In this document: positions 28,058 through 38,427 of the stretch, piece after piece
Position numbering within the stretch: position 1 is the stretch's first letter
How the letters are laid out: each line of letters opens with the position of its first letter
Assembly: GCA_003560665.1 (NCBI GenBank)
Contig: PWKK01000023.1
Span: 11,698-75,697 of the forward strand
Direction: 5' to 3'
Length of the DNA stretch: 64,000 bases
From: Candidatus Nealsonbacteria bacterium
GTDB taxonomy: Bacteria; Patescibacteriota; Minisyncoccia; Minisyncoccales; PWPS01
Program-made: the position numbers and the translations under genes
Notes under the pieces: model-generated
The model's database searches: none
Seen by the model: only the letters and a program-made list of their open reading frames with translations
What the model was told of the DNA's origin: nothing

Positions 28058-30054
28058 TACTTTAAAACGCGCTTAGTGTTGATGTACCACTTATCTATAC
28101 CCTCAAACCTTTTAGAAGAGTTTACAAGAGCCCTCTCTTCAACTCCTTGTAATTTCTCCGAGATAGAATAAACAAAGTAGGGATTGTAGAGGAAAACCCC
28201 GGGGACTTCTTTCATTATCATTTCCTGGAGCTTTATGAGAGCTTCCTCTCCTTTTTCTTCATTTTCAGCGATCAGTGTTTCCATTAATTTGTCAGCCTCT
28301 TCGTTTTCGTATCCGGAAAGATTGAGTCCGGGATCGTCAATTTTTGTAGAGTGCCACAAGGGTAGGGGATTAACGGTTCCAGAAAGCATTGTTCCAAAAA
28401 GAAGTAACTGGAAATTGCGCGGACGGATTACTTCTTCTTTTAGTTCAAGAACGCTTTTTTCTTTTATTGTTGTTTTAACGCCGAGAGCTTTCCACTGTTC
28501 TTTAAGGATGTTAGCGGTTTTAGTTAGCATCGGGTCATCTAATGTTGTGATTGTAACTTCAAGAAGAGTTGTTTCGTTGAAAAGATCCTCGCAAAGCTCG
28601 TTTAATTTTTTGCGTGTACTTTTTGCCACCATTCCTGTCCCGCTCTTGAAATTGTGTGGATCGAGAATTTCTTCACGGTACTTTTCTTGAAAGTAACTTA
28701 CTGCCTTTTTCTCTCTTTCATCAAAAAAACCGGTTATCTCTCCACCAGGATAGAGGTCCTTATCACTTTCTCCAAGGTAGATGAAACATCTTTGGAGATT
28801 TCTAACTTCTTCTCCCTGAGAACCTTCTTTTAAATCTTCCGTAAAGGAAAAAGGGCTTTCTGCCTCTTTTTTTCCGTTTTCAAAACCGGCTTCTTCTAAA
28901 AGGTCTTTTGCTTTTTGCAAGTCGTAGGAGTATTTTTTGTCGGGAGAATCAAATCCGTAAAAATCTAGAAGAAGGGGCCCGTCAATCTCAAGCCCCCTCC
29001 CTCCCAAAACTCTTTCAATCAAATCTTCTTTATCGGTAGCGTAATTGAGAGCTCTCCTTACTTCAGTTTTTTTTGTTACTCCTTCGCTTTGAAGATTAAA
29101 GAAAACGGAAAAATAGCGAGGAAGGGAAAGTTCGCGATGGATAAATCCATTTACCTCTTCAAAAGGAAATTCTCTTCTCACGCTGTCAGGGATTGTGAAA
29201 CCGTCAATCTCCCCTCTTCTTTGTGCTCGGAGAAGATCGTTTGTATTCCTGAAAAAGTGAAAAGAGACTTCGGTTAACAGGGGCTCTCCTCTAAAATAGT
29301 AAGGGTTTCTTTCAAGCATTAAGCACTCTATGTTTCCATCAACACTTTCTCTCATGTCTCTAAAGCGGTACGGCCCCGAACCGACGGGTTTCATATTATA
29401 GATCGAGTAACGGAAGTCTCTCGGGGAGTAGTCTTCAAAAATGTGCATCGGGATAATTTTTAAGGTAAGATTTTCCGGAAAGATGGAAGAAGGAGCGTCC
29501 AAAATGAAACGGATTTTTCTATCAGATATTTTTTTTACTTCTACCCCTGTCCACTGTTGCCTTAACGTGCTCTGAAAGTCGGGACTTTGGACTGTTTTCA
29601 CGGTGAAAAGAACATCTTCCGCTCTTATCTTTTCTCCATCAGACCAGTAAATGTCTTCTCTCAGGGTAATATCAAAAACAACGTTGTCTTCTGTGGTGTA
29701 TTCTTTTGCCAAATTAGGAACGAGAGTGCCGTTTTCGCCACGTCGCATCAAACCTTCAAAAAGAACCTCGATAATATCTCGCTCCGTCTCGCTTTGTGAA
29801 GCGTAAAGAGGATTTAGAGTAAGAAATCTTGTGGACTCGATGATACCTTCACGATAAACCCCCCCTCTGGCGGGAACAATCTCTGTTTTCGAGTAATAAA
29901 AAGCGATTGATGTGTAGAAAAAAGAAAAGAAAGCGATGAAAATCAAAGAAGAAAGAAGAATTTTTTCTTTTTTATTCAACACTCTGGGAAGCTTTTTCCA
30001 CTGTTTTTTAGAAGGCCATTTTTTGGGCCAAAAATCTGTCAAAGAATTAGACAT
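28057..30054 (-). CDS. Membrane-anchored family-5 (OppA/DppA-like) solute-binding protein with an inserted peptidoglycan-binding-like segment
   Basis: 665 aa with an N-terminal TM helix (ILLSSLIFIAFFSFFYTSIAFYY). SBP_bac_5-like blocks include LVPNLAKEYT, MKPVGSGPYRF and LERNPYYF. The PG_binding_1-like insertion (GEEVRNLQRCFIYLG...GEITGFFDEREKKAVSYFQEKY...GMVAKSTRKKLNEL) spans about nt 28585-28842. Confidence 0.7.
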   Translation of the reverse strand: MSNSLTDFWPKKWPSKKQWKKLPRVLNKKEKILLSSLIFIAFFSFFYTSIAFYYSKTEIVPARGGVYREGIIESTRFLTLNPLYASQSETERDIIEVLFEGLMRRGENGTLVPNLAKEYTTEDNVVFDITLREDIYWSDGEKIRAEDVLFTVKTVQSPDFQSTLRQQWTGVEVKKISDRKIRFILDAPSSIFPENLTLKIIPMHIFEDYSPRDFRYSIYNMKPVGSGPYRFRDMRESVDGNIECLMLERNPYYFRGEPLLTEVSFHFFRNTNDLLRAQRRGEIDGFTIPDSVRREFPFEEVNGFIHRELSLPRYFSVFFNLQSEGVTKKTEVRRALNYATDKEDLIERVLGGRGLEIDGPLLLDFYGFDSPDKKYSYDLQKAKDLLEEAGFENGKKEAESPFSFTEDLKEGSQGEEVRNLQRCFIYLGESDKDLYPGGEITGFFDEREKKAVSYFQEKYREEILDPHNFKSGTGMVAKSTRKKLNELCEDLFNETTLLEVTITTLDDPMLTKTANILKEQWKALGVKTTIKEKSVLELKEEVIRPRNFQLLLFGTMLSGTVNPLPLWHSTKIDDPGLNLSGYENEEADKLMETLIAENEEKGEEALIKLQEMIMKEVPGVFLYNPYFVYSISEKLQGVEERALVNSSKRFEGIDKWYINTKRVLK

Positions 30055-30084
30055 AACAAGTACAATGTGTGTCTTGAGAAGATG

Positions 30085-30300
30085 TTAGAGAAAAAGATTG
30101 AGAAGAGCGAGCCCGACAAAGGCGACGGCGAGTCCGATAGTTGAGATAAAAAGAGTTTTTTCTGCACCTCTTTTTTCGGTGTGAAACCCCTCTCCTTGTC
30201 CAAAGGCTGATCCCATTGCCGCTCCTCCCTGCTGCATCAGAATAACCGCAACGAGCAGTGCGGAAACAACAATTTGTAAAAAAGGTAATATTTCACTCAT
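30085..30300 (-). CDS. secG: Preprotein translocase subunit SecG
   Basis: MSEILPFLQIVVSALLVAVILMQQGGAAMGSAFGQGEG..., 71 aa with two TM helices. I placed the start at ATG 30300, not at the track's 30414. Confidence 0.8.
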   Translation of the reverse strand: MSEILPFLQIVVSALLVAVILMQQGGAAMGSAFGQGEGFHTEKRGAEKTLFISTIGLAVAFVGLALLNLFL

Positions 30301-30668
30301 TATTTTGTAAAACTGTGAAGAATAAATTCCAACACCCAGATAATTAGGGTGGCGTAAAGTAGTGCAGTCAAGCTTCCGATAGCCACTTCTGGAAACATCG
30401 CCTGCACTACCCAAACAATAGCAATATTGATTATAAAAGTAAAAAGTCCCAGCGTGAGGAGTCGAAGAGGGAAGGTAATTAGGCGCAAAAGAGGCCTTAT
30501 AAAAAAGTTAATGCTTCCCAGTGTCACTCCGGCGTAAAAAAGAAACGCGGTGTCCTTTACAACTACCTGCTCCAGAAAATAGTCGGCCAGATAGAAACCT
30601 AGCACACCTACGGCAATCTGTAAAAGAAAACCTTTAAAGAGGGACATAACAGTGGAAATATACCACAA
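30300..30668 (-). CDS. Phage-holin-family-4 / YvlD-like four-TM membrane protein
   Basis: INFFIRPLLRLITFPLRLLTLGLFTFIINIAIVW matches the Phage_holin_4_2 core. The likely start is MSLFKG at 30647. Its stop overlaps the secG ATG by 1 nt (TAATG). Confidence 0.7.
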   Translation of the reverse strand: MWYISTVMSLFKGFLLQIAVGVLGFYLADYFLEQVVVKDTAFLFYAGVTLGSINFFIRPLLRLITFPLRLLTLGLFTFIINIAIVWVVQAMFPEVAIGSLTALLYATLIIWVLEFILHSFTK

Positions 30669-30731
30669 TCACCGATTTTTGCAACCCCAACACACCCTTG
30701 CTCTCTTTTTTGCAAAAAACGGGTAGGGGTC

Positions 30732-30759
30732 TTGACACAAGTTTTCTGATAGATACAAT
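30732..30759 (+). promoter_or_regulatory. Sigma70-like promoter of groES-groEL
   Basis: TTGACA at 30732-30737, a 16-nt spacer, then TACAAT at 30754-30759. Confidence 0.55.
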
Positions 30760-30763
30760 GTTA

Positions 30764-30790
30764 TTAGCACTCTCATTGCTTAATTGCCAA
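30764..30790 (+). promoter_or_regulatory. Degenerate CIRCE-like element (possible HrcA operator)
   Basis: TTAGCACTC at 30764-30772 is a perfect CIRCE left arm. After a 9-nt spacer comes AATTGCCAA, which matches the GAGTGCTAA right arm at 6 of 9 positions. Confidence 0.4.
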
Positions 30791-30877
30791 AGGTCGTAAT
30801 TTAATAAATTAGAAAAAATAAAAAAGTAAGAGAAAATGTCCGAAATTGATTTTCATATAAGGACAGAAATTAAAAAG

Positions 30878-31174
30878 ATGAAAATAAAACCACTTGCCGA
30901 TAATATTTTAATTGAACCCGAAAAAGAAAAAGAAAAAACAGAGGGAGGAATTCTTCTCCCTGATTCAGCGGAGAAAGGAAGACCGGAAAAAGGGAAAGTA
31001 GTTGCTGTCGGTCCCGGAAAAAAGAACTCTTCGGGAAAATTAATTCCTTTGGAAGTAAAAAAAGGAGACAAGGTGCTTTTCACAAAGTACGGCCCTACTG
31101 AGATTAAAACGGTCGACGATAAAAAAGAGTACTTAATTGCCAAGCAGGATGATATTTTGGCAGTTATTGAATAA
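30878..31174 (+). CDS. groES: Co-chaperonin GroES
   Basis: MKIKPLADNILIEPEKEKEKTEGGILLPDSA... An alternative upstream ATG at 30836 would add 14 aa. Confidence 0.93.
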   Translation: MKIKPLADNILIEPEKEKEKTEGGILLPDSAEKGRPEKGKVVAVGPGKKNSSGKLIPLEVKKGDKVLFTKYGPTEIKTVDDKKEYLIAKQDDILAVIE

Positions 31175-31184
31175 TAGTTCTTAA

Positions 31185-32834
<1,650 letters not shown>

Positions 32835-32860
32835 AGAAGAAGCATTTGTTTATTACAAGA

Positions 32861-32893
32861 AAAGCACTGCGAACTGTTTTCGCGGTGCTTTTC
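32861..32893 (+). terminator. Rho-independent terminator after groEL
   Basis: A 10-bp stem pairs GCACTGCGAA (32864-32873) with TTCGCGGTGC (32879-32888). The loop is 5 nt and the stem is followed by TTTT. Confidence 0.7.
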
Positions 32894-32949
32894 AAAAAGA
32901 GCTTAGTGTAGTAAAATATAGGAGCAGTATAAATAAAAAAAGAAAAAAT

Positions 32950-33513
32950 ATGGAAACAACAACAATTATTCTTATCGTTGCCGGTGTCCTCGTTCTTTGG
33001 ACAGTTTTCGCCTTTAATGCTTTGGTGAAACTAAGAAACAGAACAAAAGAAGCATGGGCGGATATTGATGTCCAGCTGAAAAGAAGATACGACCTTATCC
33101 CCAATTTGGTGGAGACAGTTAAAGGCTACGCCGCTCATGAAAAAGGAGTTTTGGAGAATGTTACCAAAGCTCGTGCCAATGCAGTAAGTGCTGAGCAGAC
33201 AGGAGATCCGAAAAAGGTTGCTCAGGCCGAAAATCAACTGGCGGGCACACTGAAGACTCTTTTTGCTGTTTCTGAGAACTATCCCGATCTTAAAGCTTCT
33301 GATAATTTTGTAGAGCTGCAACGTGAACTAAGAGACACTGAGGATAAGATTCAAGCCTCAAGAAGGTTTTACAATCGTAATGTTCGCGACTTAAACACCA
33401 AAGTTGAAATGTTCCCGATGAGTGTTATCGCCGGAGTTTTCAAGTTTGAGAAAAGAGATTTTTTTGAAACAGACGATCCGAAAGAAAGAGAAAATGTAAA
33501 AGTGGAGTTTTAA
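32950..33513 (+). CDS. lemA: LemA family membrane protein
   Basis: METTTIILIVAGVLVLWTVFAFNALVKLRNRTKEAWADIDVQLKRRYDLIPNLVETVKGYA... I placed the start at ATG 32950. The track ORF's upstream 111 codons overlap the groEL 3' end and the terminator. Confidence 0.9.
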   Translation: METTTIILIVAGVLVLWTVFAFNALVKLRNRTKEAWADIDVQLKRRYDLIPNLVETVKGYAAHEKGVLENVTKARANAVSAEQTGDPKKVAQAENQLAGTLKTLFAVSENYPDLKASDNFVELQRELRDTEDKIQASRRFYNRNVRDLNTKVEMFPMSVIAGVFKFEKRDFFETDDPKERENVKVEF

Positions 33514-33516
33514 GTC

Positions 33517-34419
33517 ATGGCCACTCTCTATACACAATCAGAAAACAACACTTACAAAACGTACGCCTATTTGCTCGGCTTTATTCTTCTTATCGTCGCT
33601 GTCGGGTGGACGTTGAGTTATATTTACGAGAACGCATTCATTCTTTATTTTGCGCTTGGATTTTCCGTTGTCACAAGCTTTTATTCTTACTGGAACTCAG
33701 ACAAGATTGTTCTTGCTCTCACTAAAGCAAAGCCGGCGAAAAAAGAGGATTACTCTGAGCTTCACCGTATCGCTGAAAACTTGGCCATCTCTAACGGACT
33801 GCCCAAACCTCGTCTCTATATTCTAGATGATCCTCAGCCGAACGCTTTTGCCACCGGACGCAACCCGAAGCACGGCGTCATAGCGGTAACTACCGGACTC
33901 TTAGAGCGGTTAGAAAGAGCGGAATTGGAAGCGGTTGTCGCTCATGAGCTGGGACACATCGGCAATAACGATATTCTTATTTCTTCGATTGTTGTCGTTC
34001 TTGTCGGAACGGTTGTCCTTGTTGCCGACTTCTTCTTTCGGATGGCCTTTTTTGGAGGAATGAGGGGAAGTAGAGATAAAGGAGGAGCGTTAATAATGGT
34101 TGGTGCTTTGGCTTTCATTATTCTTGCACCTGTTCTTGCACAGTTAATGAAGCTTGCCATCTCTCGGAAAAGAGAGTATCTAGCGGACTCCACCGCCGCG
34201 CTTACCACCAGATATCCGGAAGGACTTGCCAGCGCACTAGAGAAGATTAGTGGCGACCCGCATCAGTTGAGAAAAGCAAACGATGCTACGGCCCATCTTT
34301 TTCTTGTTAGTCCCTTCAGGGGAAAAGAACAAAAGTCATGGTTTCGTAAGCTTTTTATGACTCATCCCCCAATAGAGGAGAGAATTAAAAGGCTAAGAGA
34401 AACGGATACTAGCGTATAA
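33517..34419 (+). CDS. htpX: M48-family zinc protease HtpX
   Basis: HELGHIGNND is the HExxH motif. There are four TM segments and a C-terminal THPPIEERIKRL. It is adjacent to lemA, a common pairing. Confidence 0.9.
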   Translation: MATLYTQSENNTYKTYAYLLGFILLIVAVGWTLSYIYENAFILYFALGFSVVTSFYSYWNSDKIVLALTKAKPAKKEDYSELHRIAENLAISNGLPKPRLYILDDPQPNAFATGRNPKHGVIAVTTGLLERLERAELEAVVAHELGHIGNNDILISSIVVVLVGTVVLVADFFFRMAFFGGMRGSRDKGGALIMVGALAFIILAPVLAQLMKLAISRKREYLADSTAALTTRYPEGLASALEKISGDPHQLRKANDATAHLFLVSPFRGKEQKSWFRKLFMTHPPIEERIKRLRETDTSV

Positions 34420-34437
34420 ACAAATAAAAATAATAAT

Positions 34438-34992
34438 ATGAGCAAAGAAACATCTAAAATAAATTGTCCGAAGTGTGAAGAGGATTTAAAAGAAGTCCCT
34501 TTTGAGGGAGTGAGTGTTGATACCTGCCCTTCTTGTAAGGGTTACTGGTTTGAGAAAGGTGAACTTCGCAAGGCAAAAGATGAGAAAGAAAAAACATTGA
34601 ATTGGATGGATGTTGATCTTTGGGACAGTGAAGAGGAGTTCCGCATTTCAGAAGAAAGCTCTCTTTGCCCTGATTGTGGTTTACCGCTTTATGAGGTAAA
34701 TTACGGAGACTCGAACATCAAAGTGGATGTTTGTAACATGTGTAGAGGGATTTGGCTTGATAAAGGAGAATTTAAAAAAGCAGTAGAGTATCTTCAAGAT
34801 AAAGCGGGAGACAAGATAATGAGTGAGTATGCAAAAACCATCCTAGAGGAGATGGGGGAAATAATTACCGGCCCTGAGCCGTTGGATAAAGAGATAGAGG
34901 ACCTTCTTACCGTACTTGGTTTACTTAAATATCGTTTTGCGGGAAAACACCCCTTCCTCTCTCGTATAATCAACAACCTCCCAAAGTCGTAA
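34438..34992 (+). CDS. Double zinc-ribbon (zf-TFIIB-like) protein
   Basis: Two copies of the pattern CPxC...x-CPxCxGxWxxxGE: CPKCEEDLKEVPFEGVSVDTCPSCKGYWFEKGEL and CPDCGLPLYEVNYGDSNIKVDVCNMCRGIWLDKGEF. Confidence 0.6.
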   Translation: MSKETSKINCPKCEEDLKEVPFEGVSVDTCPSCKGYWFEKGELRKAKDEKEKTLNWMDVDLWDSEEEFRISEESSLCPDCGLPLYEVNYGDSNIKVDVCNMCRGIWLDKGEFKKAVEYLQDKAGDKIMSEYAKTILEEMGEIITGPEPLDKEIEDLLTVLGLLKYRFAGKHPFLSRIINNLPKS

Positions 34993-35004
34993 AATTAATT
35001 ATAA

Positions 35005-35091
35005 GGAGGGGTCGGATAGCGGCCTATTCCACGTGCTTGGAAAGCACGCGAGCGCAAGCTCACGAGGGTTCGAATCCCTCCCCCTCCGCCA
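35005..35091 (+). tRNA. tRNA-Ser (anticodon GGA), long variable arm, CCA encoded
   Basis: GGAGGGG TC GGAT..., anticodon arm CGTGC TTGGAAA GCACG, variable arm CGAGCGCAAGCTCAC, T-arm GAGGG TTCGAAT CCCTC, then CCCCTCC G CCA. 87 nt. Confidence 0.9.
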
Positions 35092-35188
35092 TTTTAAATA
35101 ATAAAACTTGTTCTTGATAGGCAAAATTGTTGCAAAATGTAGCAATTAAATTAAAGGATTTGGAACCATTAATACCGAAGATCAATAA

Positions 35189-35314
35189 TCATGGTAGATT
35201 TCCGTGATTAAATAAAACAATGAGGAGAACATTTTCCTCTCTTGCTACTCCAATAATTCCGGGAAAAGAAAAAAAGATCATCAATACGAGCACTGTCCAA
35301 AGAAACTTTTTCAT
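35189..35314 (-). CDS. 41-aa hydrophobic ORF, possibly a truncated remnant of a SPOR-type gene
   Basis: MKKFLWTVLVLMIFFSFPGIIGVAREENVLLIVLFNHGNLP. It is preceded by a leader about 80% identical (by eye) to the one upstream of the SPOR gene at 38290. Coding status is uncertain. Confidence 0.25.
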   Translation of the reverse strand: MKKFLWTVLVLMIFFSFPGIIGVAREENVLLIVLFNHGNLP

Positions 35315-35336
35315 TACTTCTTTCTCCCTGTAGGCA

Positions 35337-35410
35337 TTATTTAAAGATCTGTCTGTGCCACACAATAAAACCAAAAAAAGCAAGATTTTGTTCTATTTTC
35401 CCGTGGCCTT
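35337..35410 (-). promoter_or_regulatory. Copy A of a repeated leader/promoter sequence
   Basis: On the + strand, ttatttaaagatct...acaataaaa...gttctatttyc.cgtgg is shared with 38311-38385. About four-fifths of positions match by eye. Confidence 0.5.
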
Positions 35411-35561
35411 CTTGATGCACAACTTGAAGAACTCTAAGTTTTCGTTGTGCTTTTTTCAGATCTCTTTGTGTTTTTAGATAAGCCAAGAGCTTGATTTTTT
35501 CTACCCTCAATTACATTATTTTCTTGAGCTCTTTGTGCTATTTTTAGGCTACTCACAATAT

Positions 35562-36245
35562 TTATGTTTTTTTAATTATACCGTCGCTTATTTCAATAAC
35601 TCTATCTGTTTTTTGCAGATACTTTTTTTCGTGTGTGACAAGCACAATAGTTAGTCCTTTTTTACGAAGGCCGGCGATAAGACCGATAATCTCATCGGAT
35701 CTTTTTGAATCTAAGTTGGCAGTTGGTTCATCAGCGAAAAGAACCTTGGGGTTGTTAACAACCGCTCTTGCAACAGCAACTCTTTGCTTTTCACCGCCAG
35801 AAAGCTGGGAAGGGTAGTTTTTTAACTTTTCCTTAAGACCAACTTGCTCTAATACTTTTTCACCCATATCATTAATATCATCCCAGTTATCTTTTTGAAC
35901 CATCATGGGGATAGTGACATTTTCTAGTGCAGTTAACTCTGGGAGAAGTGCATAGTCTTGAAAAACAAAACCGAAGTGGTGGAGTCTGCAGTAAGAATCC
36001 ATTTTTTCGGAAAATGTTTTTGTATCACAGCTCTCAAAAAGAATTTCTCCAGAGGTGGGTCTATCTAAAAGACTTAGAACGTAAAGAAGAGTGCTTTTTC
36101 CTGAGCCCGACCTTCCGGTGATGGCAACAAACTCTCCTTCGTTTATCTCTAAATCAATACCACGAAGAACCTTGGTTTCTACAGAACCGGTAATGTAGGT
36201 TTTTGTAATATTTTTTGCAATAAGAATTGTTTTTTTGTTTTTCAT
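35562..36245 (-). CDS. ABC transporter ATP-binding protein (MacB/LolD/FtsE-like)
   Basis: Walker A GRSGSGKST, signature LSGGEKQRVAVARA, Walker B VLFADEPT. 227 aa. Confidence 0.9.
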   Translation of the reverse strand: MKNKKTILIAKNITKTYITGSVETKVLRGIDLEINEGEFVAITGRSGSGKSTLLYVLSLLDRPTSGEILFESCDTKTFSEKMDSYCRLHHFGFVFQDYALLPELTALENVTIPMMVQKDNWDDINDMGEKVLEQVGLKEKLKNYPSQLSGGEKQRVAVARAVVNNPKVLFADEPTANLDSKRSDEIIGLIAGLRKKGLTIVLVTHEKKYLQKTDRVIEISDGIIKKT

Positions 36246-37489
36246 CTTCCCAGTATTGAATCAATAGTATTCTTTTTAACGATTAAGTGCGATGGTATAA
36301 AGCCGGCGGCAACGCTGGAAACAAAAAGAATGAGCACTCTTAATATTACTCCCGTTACAGTAACATCCAGTATTCCGTCACTGAAAGGAAAGTCTATCGG
36401 ATTTTCATCAAAGTAGGGGACAAGAAAGATATAAAGAAGAAAAAGACCGATAGCGGAGCCGATGAGAGCATAAAATATAGACTGGAAAACATAAGAGTAT
36501 TTAATAATAGAGGAGTCAACACCTATTCCCTTGAGAATGCCGATATATCTTTCTCTGGATATAGCGTTAATAAAGATAACGATAAAAAGGGTTACCGAAG
36601 CAACGGCAAGACCGATTGCTCCGATTACTGCACCCAGTATTGTGAATGTTGTCGATAAATCTTCAAAAAACTGGCCCTGACTTTCTCGCCATGTTTCTAT
36701 TTTTGCCTCGGAACTCTTTACGCTGGAAGAGAGTATATTTCTTGTTTCTTCCAATTCTTGAGGGTTTAAAAGAGTGATGGCGATTTCGTCTGACAATTGA
36801 GGCGCTCTTCCGGTAAGCGATATAAACTGTTGCTTGTCGATAAAGACACGGTTGTTTATTTGATTTAGCTTTGCCTTCAAAATTCCGCTAACAGTGTATT
36901 CTTGGGGGGTTCCCGATGCCGTTATTTTAACTTTATCTCCGACAACAACTCCCTCCAAAGAGCCTCCCTCTATAGCGGAGTCATATTCTGCTAACAGTCC
37001 GCTACCGATAAGTATTTTGTTTTGAGGATTTTCGTGAACATATTCTCCTTCTACAATAAAATCTTCCAGTGTAGTTACTTGGTTTTCTTTTTCAAAGTCT
37101 ACTCCCGTAAGTATTCCACTGGTATTGTTCCCCTCTATATTTGGCCTAGAGAAGAGAGAGTAGTCCGCTTCAATTTGTGAAGCTTGAAGATAACGGATAC
37201 TGTAATTCTTTATTTGTGGAATACTCTCTATCTCTTTTTCAAGCCTGGTAGTATTTTTAATATTTATTTTATTTTCATCGGGAGTGATAATAAGATCTCT
37301 CGAGTAGTGTTCTCGAGAGTCATTGCTTGCTCCGGTGACAAGACCCTCTAAAAGACCACTTATAAAAACGAGGTTCAAGAAGGTAACCGTCATGATAAAA
37401 ACGATGAGGATGTTTACCCAGAGATTCGCATTCTTTATTTGCCGAGAAGCAAGAAAAAATCCTATTTTAAAATGCTTGAAAGATTTCAT
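36242..37489 (-). CDS. ABC transporter permease, FtsX/MacB-type with a large periplasmic domain
   Basis: 415 aa. One N-terminal TM helix, an extracytoplasmic domain of about 230 aa, then three C-terminal TM helices (FtsX-like: RERYIGILKGIGV). It overlaps the ATPase gene by 4 nt. Confidence 0.85.
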   Translation of the reverse strand: MKSFKHFKIGFFLASRQIKNANLWVNILIVFIMTVTFLNLVFISGLLEGLVTGASNDSREHYSRDLIITPDENKINIKNTTRLEKEIESIPQIKNYSIRYLQASQIEADYSLFSRPNIEGNNTSGILTGVDFEKENQVTTLEDFIVEGEYVHENPQNKILIGSGLLAEYDSAIEGGSLEGVVVGDKVKITASGTPQEYTVSGILKAKLNQINNRVFIDKQQFISLTGRAPQLSDEIAITLLNPQELEETRNILSSSVKSSEAKIETWRESQGQFFEDLSTTFTILGAVIGAIGLAVASVTLFIVIFINAISRERYIGILKGIGVDSSIIKYSYVFQSIFYALIGSAIGLFLLYIFLVPYFDENPIDFPFSDGILDVTVTGVILRVLILFVSSVAAGFIPSHLIVKKNTIDSILGR

Positions 37490-37746
37490 TGATTGATTCT
37501 TTACTTATTTCCTGAAAGCCCGTACTTTTTAAAAAAGAAGTTTTTTATAATTTCTTTGAGCTGTGGGCGATAATAATACAAAATGGGCCCATTAAACCAG
37601 TTTATTATAGTATAGAAGAAGGAATTAATAAACCTCTACTATAAGAGCAAGAAAAGCAAAAATAATACTTTTTAAATAACGGTCCCATGTCTGTGGGTTT
37701 TCGAAGTTTACAATTATAAAAAATTATAAGAGACTGGATCCTGATG

Positions 37747-37779
37747 AAAGAAAAAAAGAAGAGGTGGAAACTCTTCTTT
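37747..37779 (-). terminator. Rho-independent terminator downstream of the SPOR gene
   Basis: On the minus strand, AAAGAAGAG tttccac CTCTTCTTT forms a 9-bp stem (plus-strand coordinates 37755-37779) and is followed by TTTT. Confidence 0.5.
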
Positions 37780-37846
37780 GAAGTGGTTTACTCCTGACCC
37801 ATAAAAGGCCAGTGGTAATGAGCATGGGGGTACAACGAAACTCTTT

Positions 37847-38290
37847 TTATCTGTCAAGTATTTGCCGATGAAGCCAGAAGATAAGATCTAATATGAATTG
37901 CCTTGTTTCTTCGCTTAACTCCGGCTCTAGCTTAGGGTCGGGGGTTGGAATAGGCTCAAAATCTTTTACTGGTCTTTCCGGACCCGGGGCGTCGTATGCA
38001 ATAAATGAATTAAATCCATCTTCGGCAAGGAGGGTTTGCATTCCCTCAAGACGTTCTCTTTCTTTGTCTTGGGAAACAACGACTCTCCAATAGAGTACCC
38101 CGTCTATGGGGTAGCCCATTAGCCGGGAGTAGTATCTGTGCTCGTAGAGCCTTTCCTGTTGCTCTAGAGCATTTTCTTGGTTTATGTAGCTACCAGCTAT
38201 CAGATACCACCTTCCCTCTTCTTTTTGTGCAAGTGTTACTGAGCTTGCCGCAAACAAAAAAACTAAAATCACTATTGCTGCTTTTTTCAT
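37847..38290 (-). CDS. Secreted SPOR-domain-like (peptidoglycan-binding) protein
   Basis: Signal peptide MKKAAIVILVFLFAASSVTLA. WYLIAGSYINQENALEQQERL...GVLYWRVVVSQDKERERLEGMQTLLAEDGF resembles a SPOR repeat. A GGAGG lies 9 nt upstream of ATG 38290. Confidence 0.6.
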   Translation of the reverse strand: MKKAAIVILVFLFAASSVTLAQKEEGRWYLIAGSYINQENALEQQERLYEHRYYSRLMGYPIDGVLYWRVVVSQDKERERLEGMQTLLAEDGFNSFIAYDAPGPERPVKDFEPIPTPDPKLEPELSEETRQFILDLIFWLHRQILDR

Positions 38291-38310
38291 TTTCTTTTTC
38301 CTCCCCAAAG

Positions 38311-38385
38311 TTATTTAAAGATCTTTCTATATTATACAATAAAAATAAAAAAAAGAAATAGTTTGTTCTATTTCCTCGTGGTCTC
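38311..38385 (-). promoter_or_regulatory. Copy B of the repeated leader/promoter sequence, with TTGTATAAT -10 and an AAAGATCTTT palindrome
   Basis: The minus strand reads ...ccacgaggaaatagaacaaac...ttattgtataatatagaaagatctttaaataac. Confidence 0.55.
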
Positions 38386-38427
38386 TTTAGGGCACAGCTC
38401 ACAGTATGTTGGGCTTTTTTGTGATCT

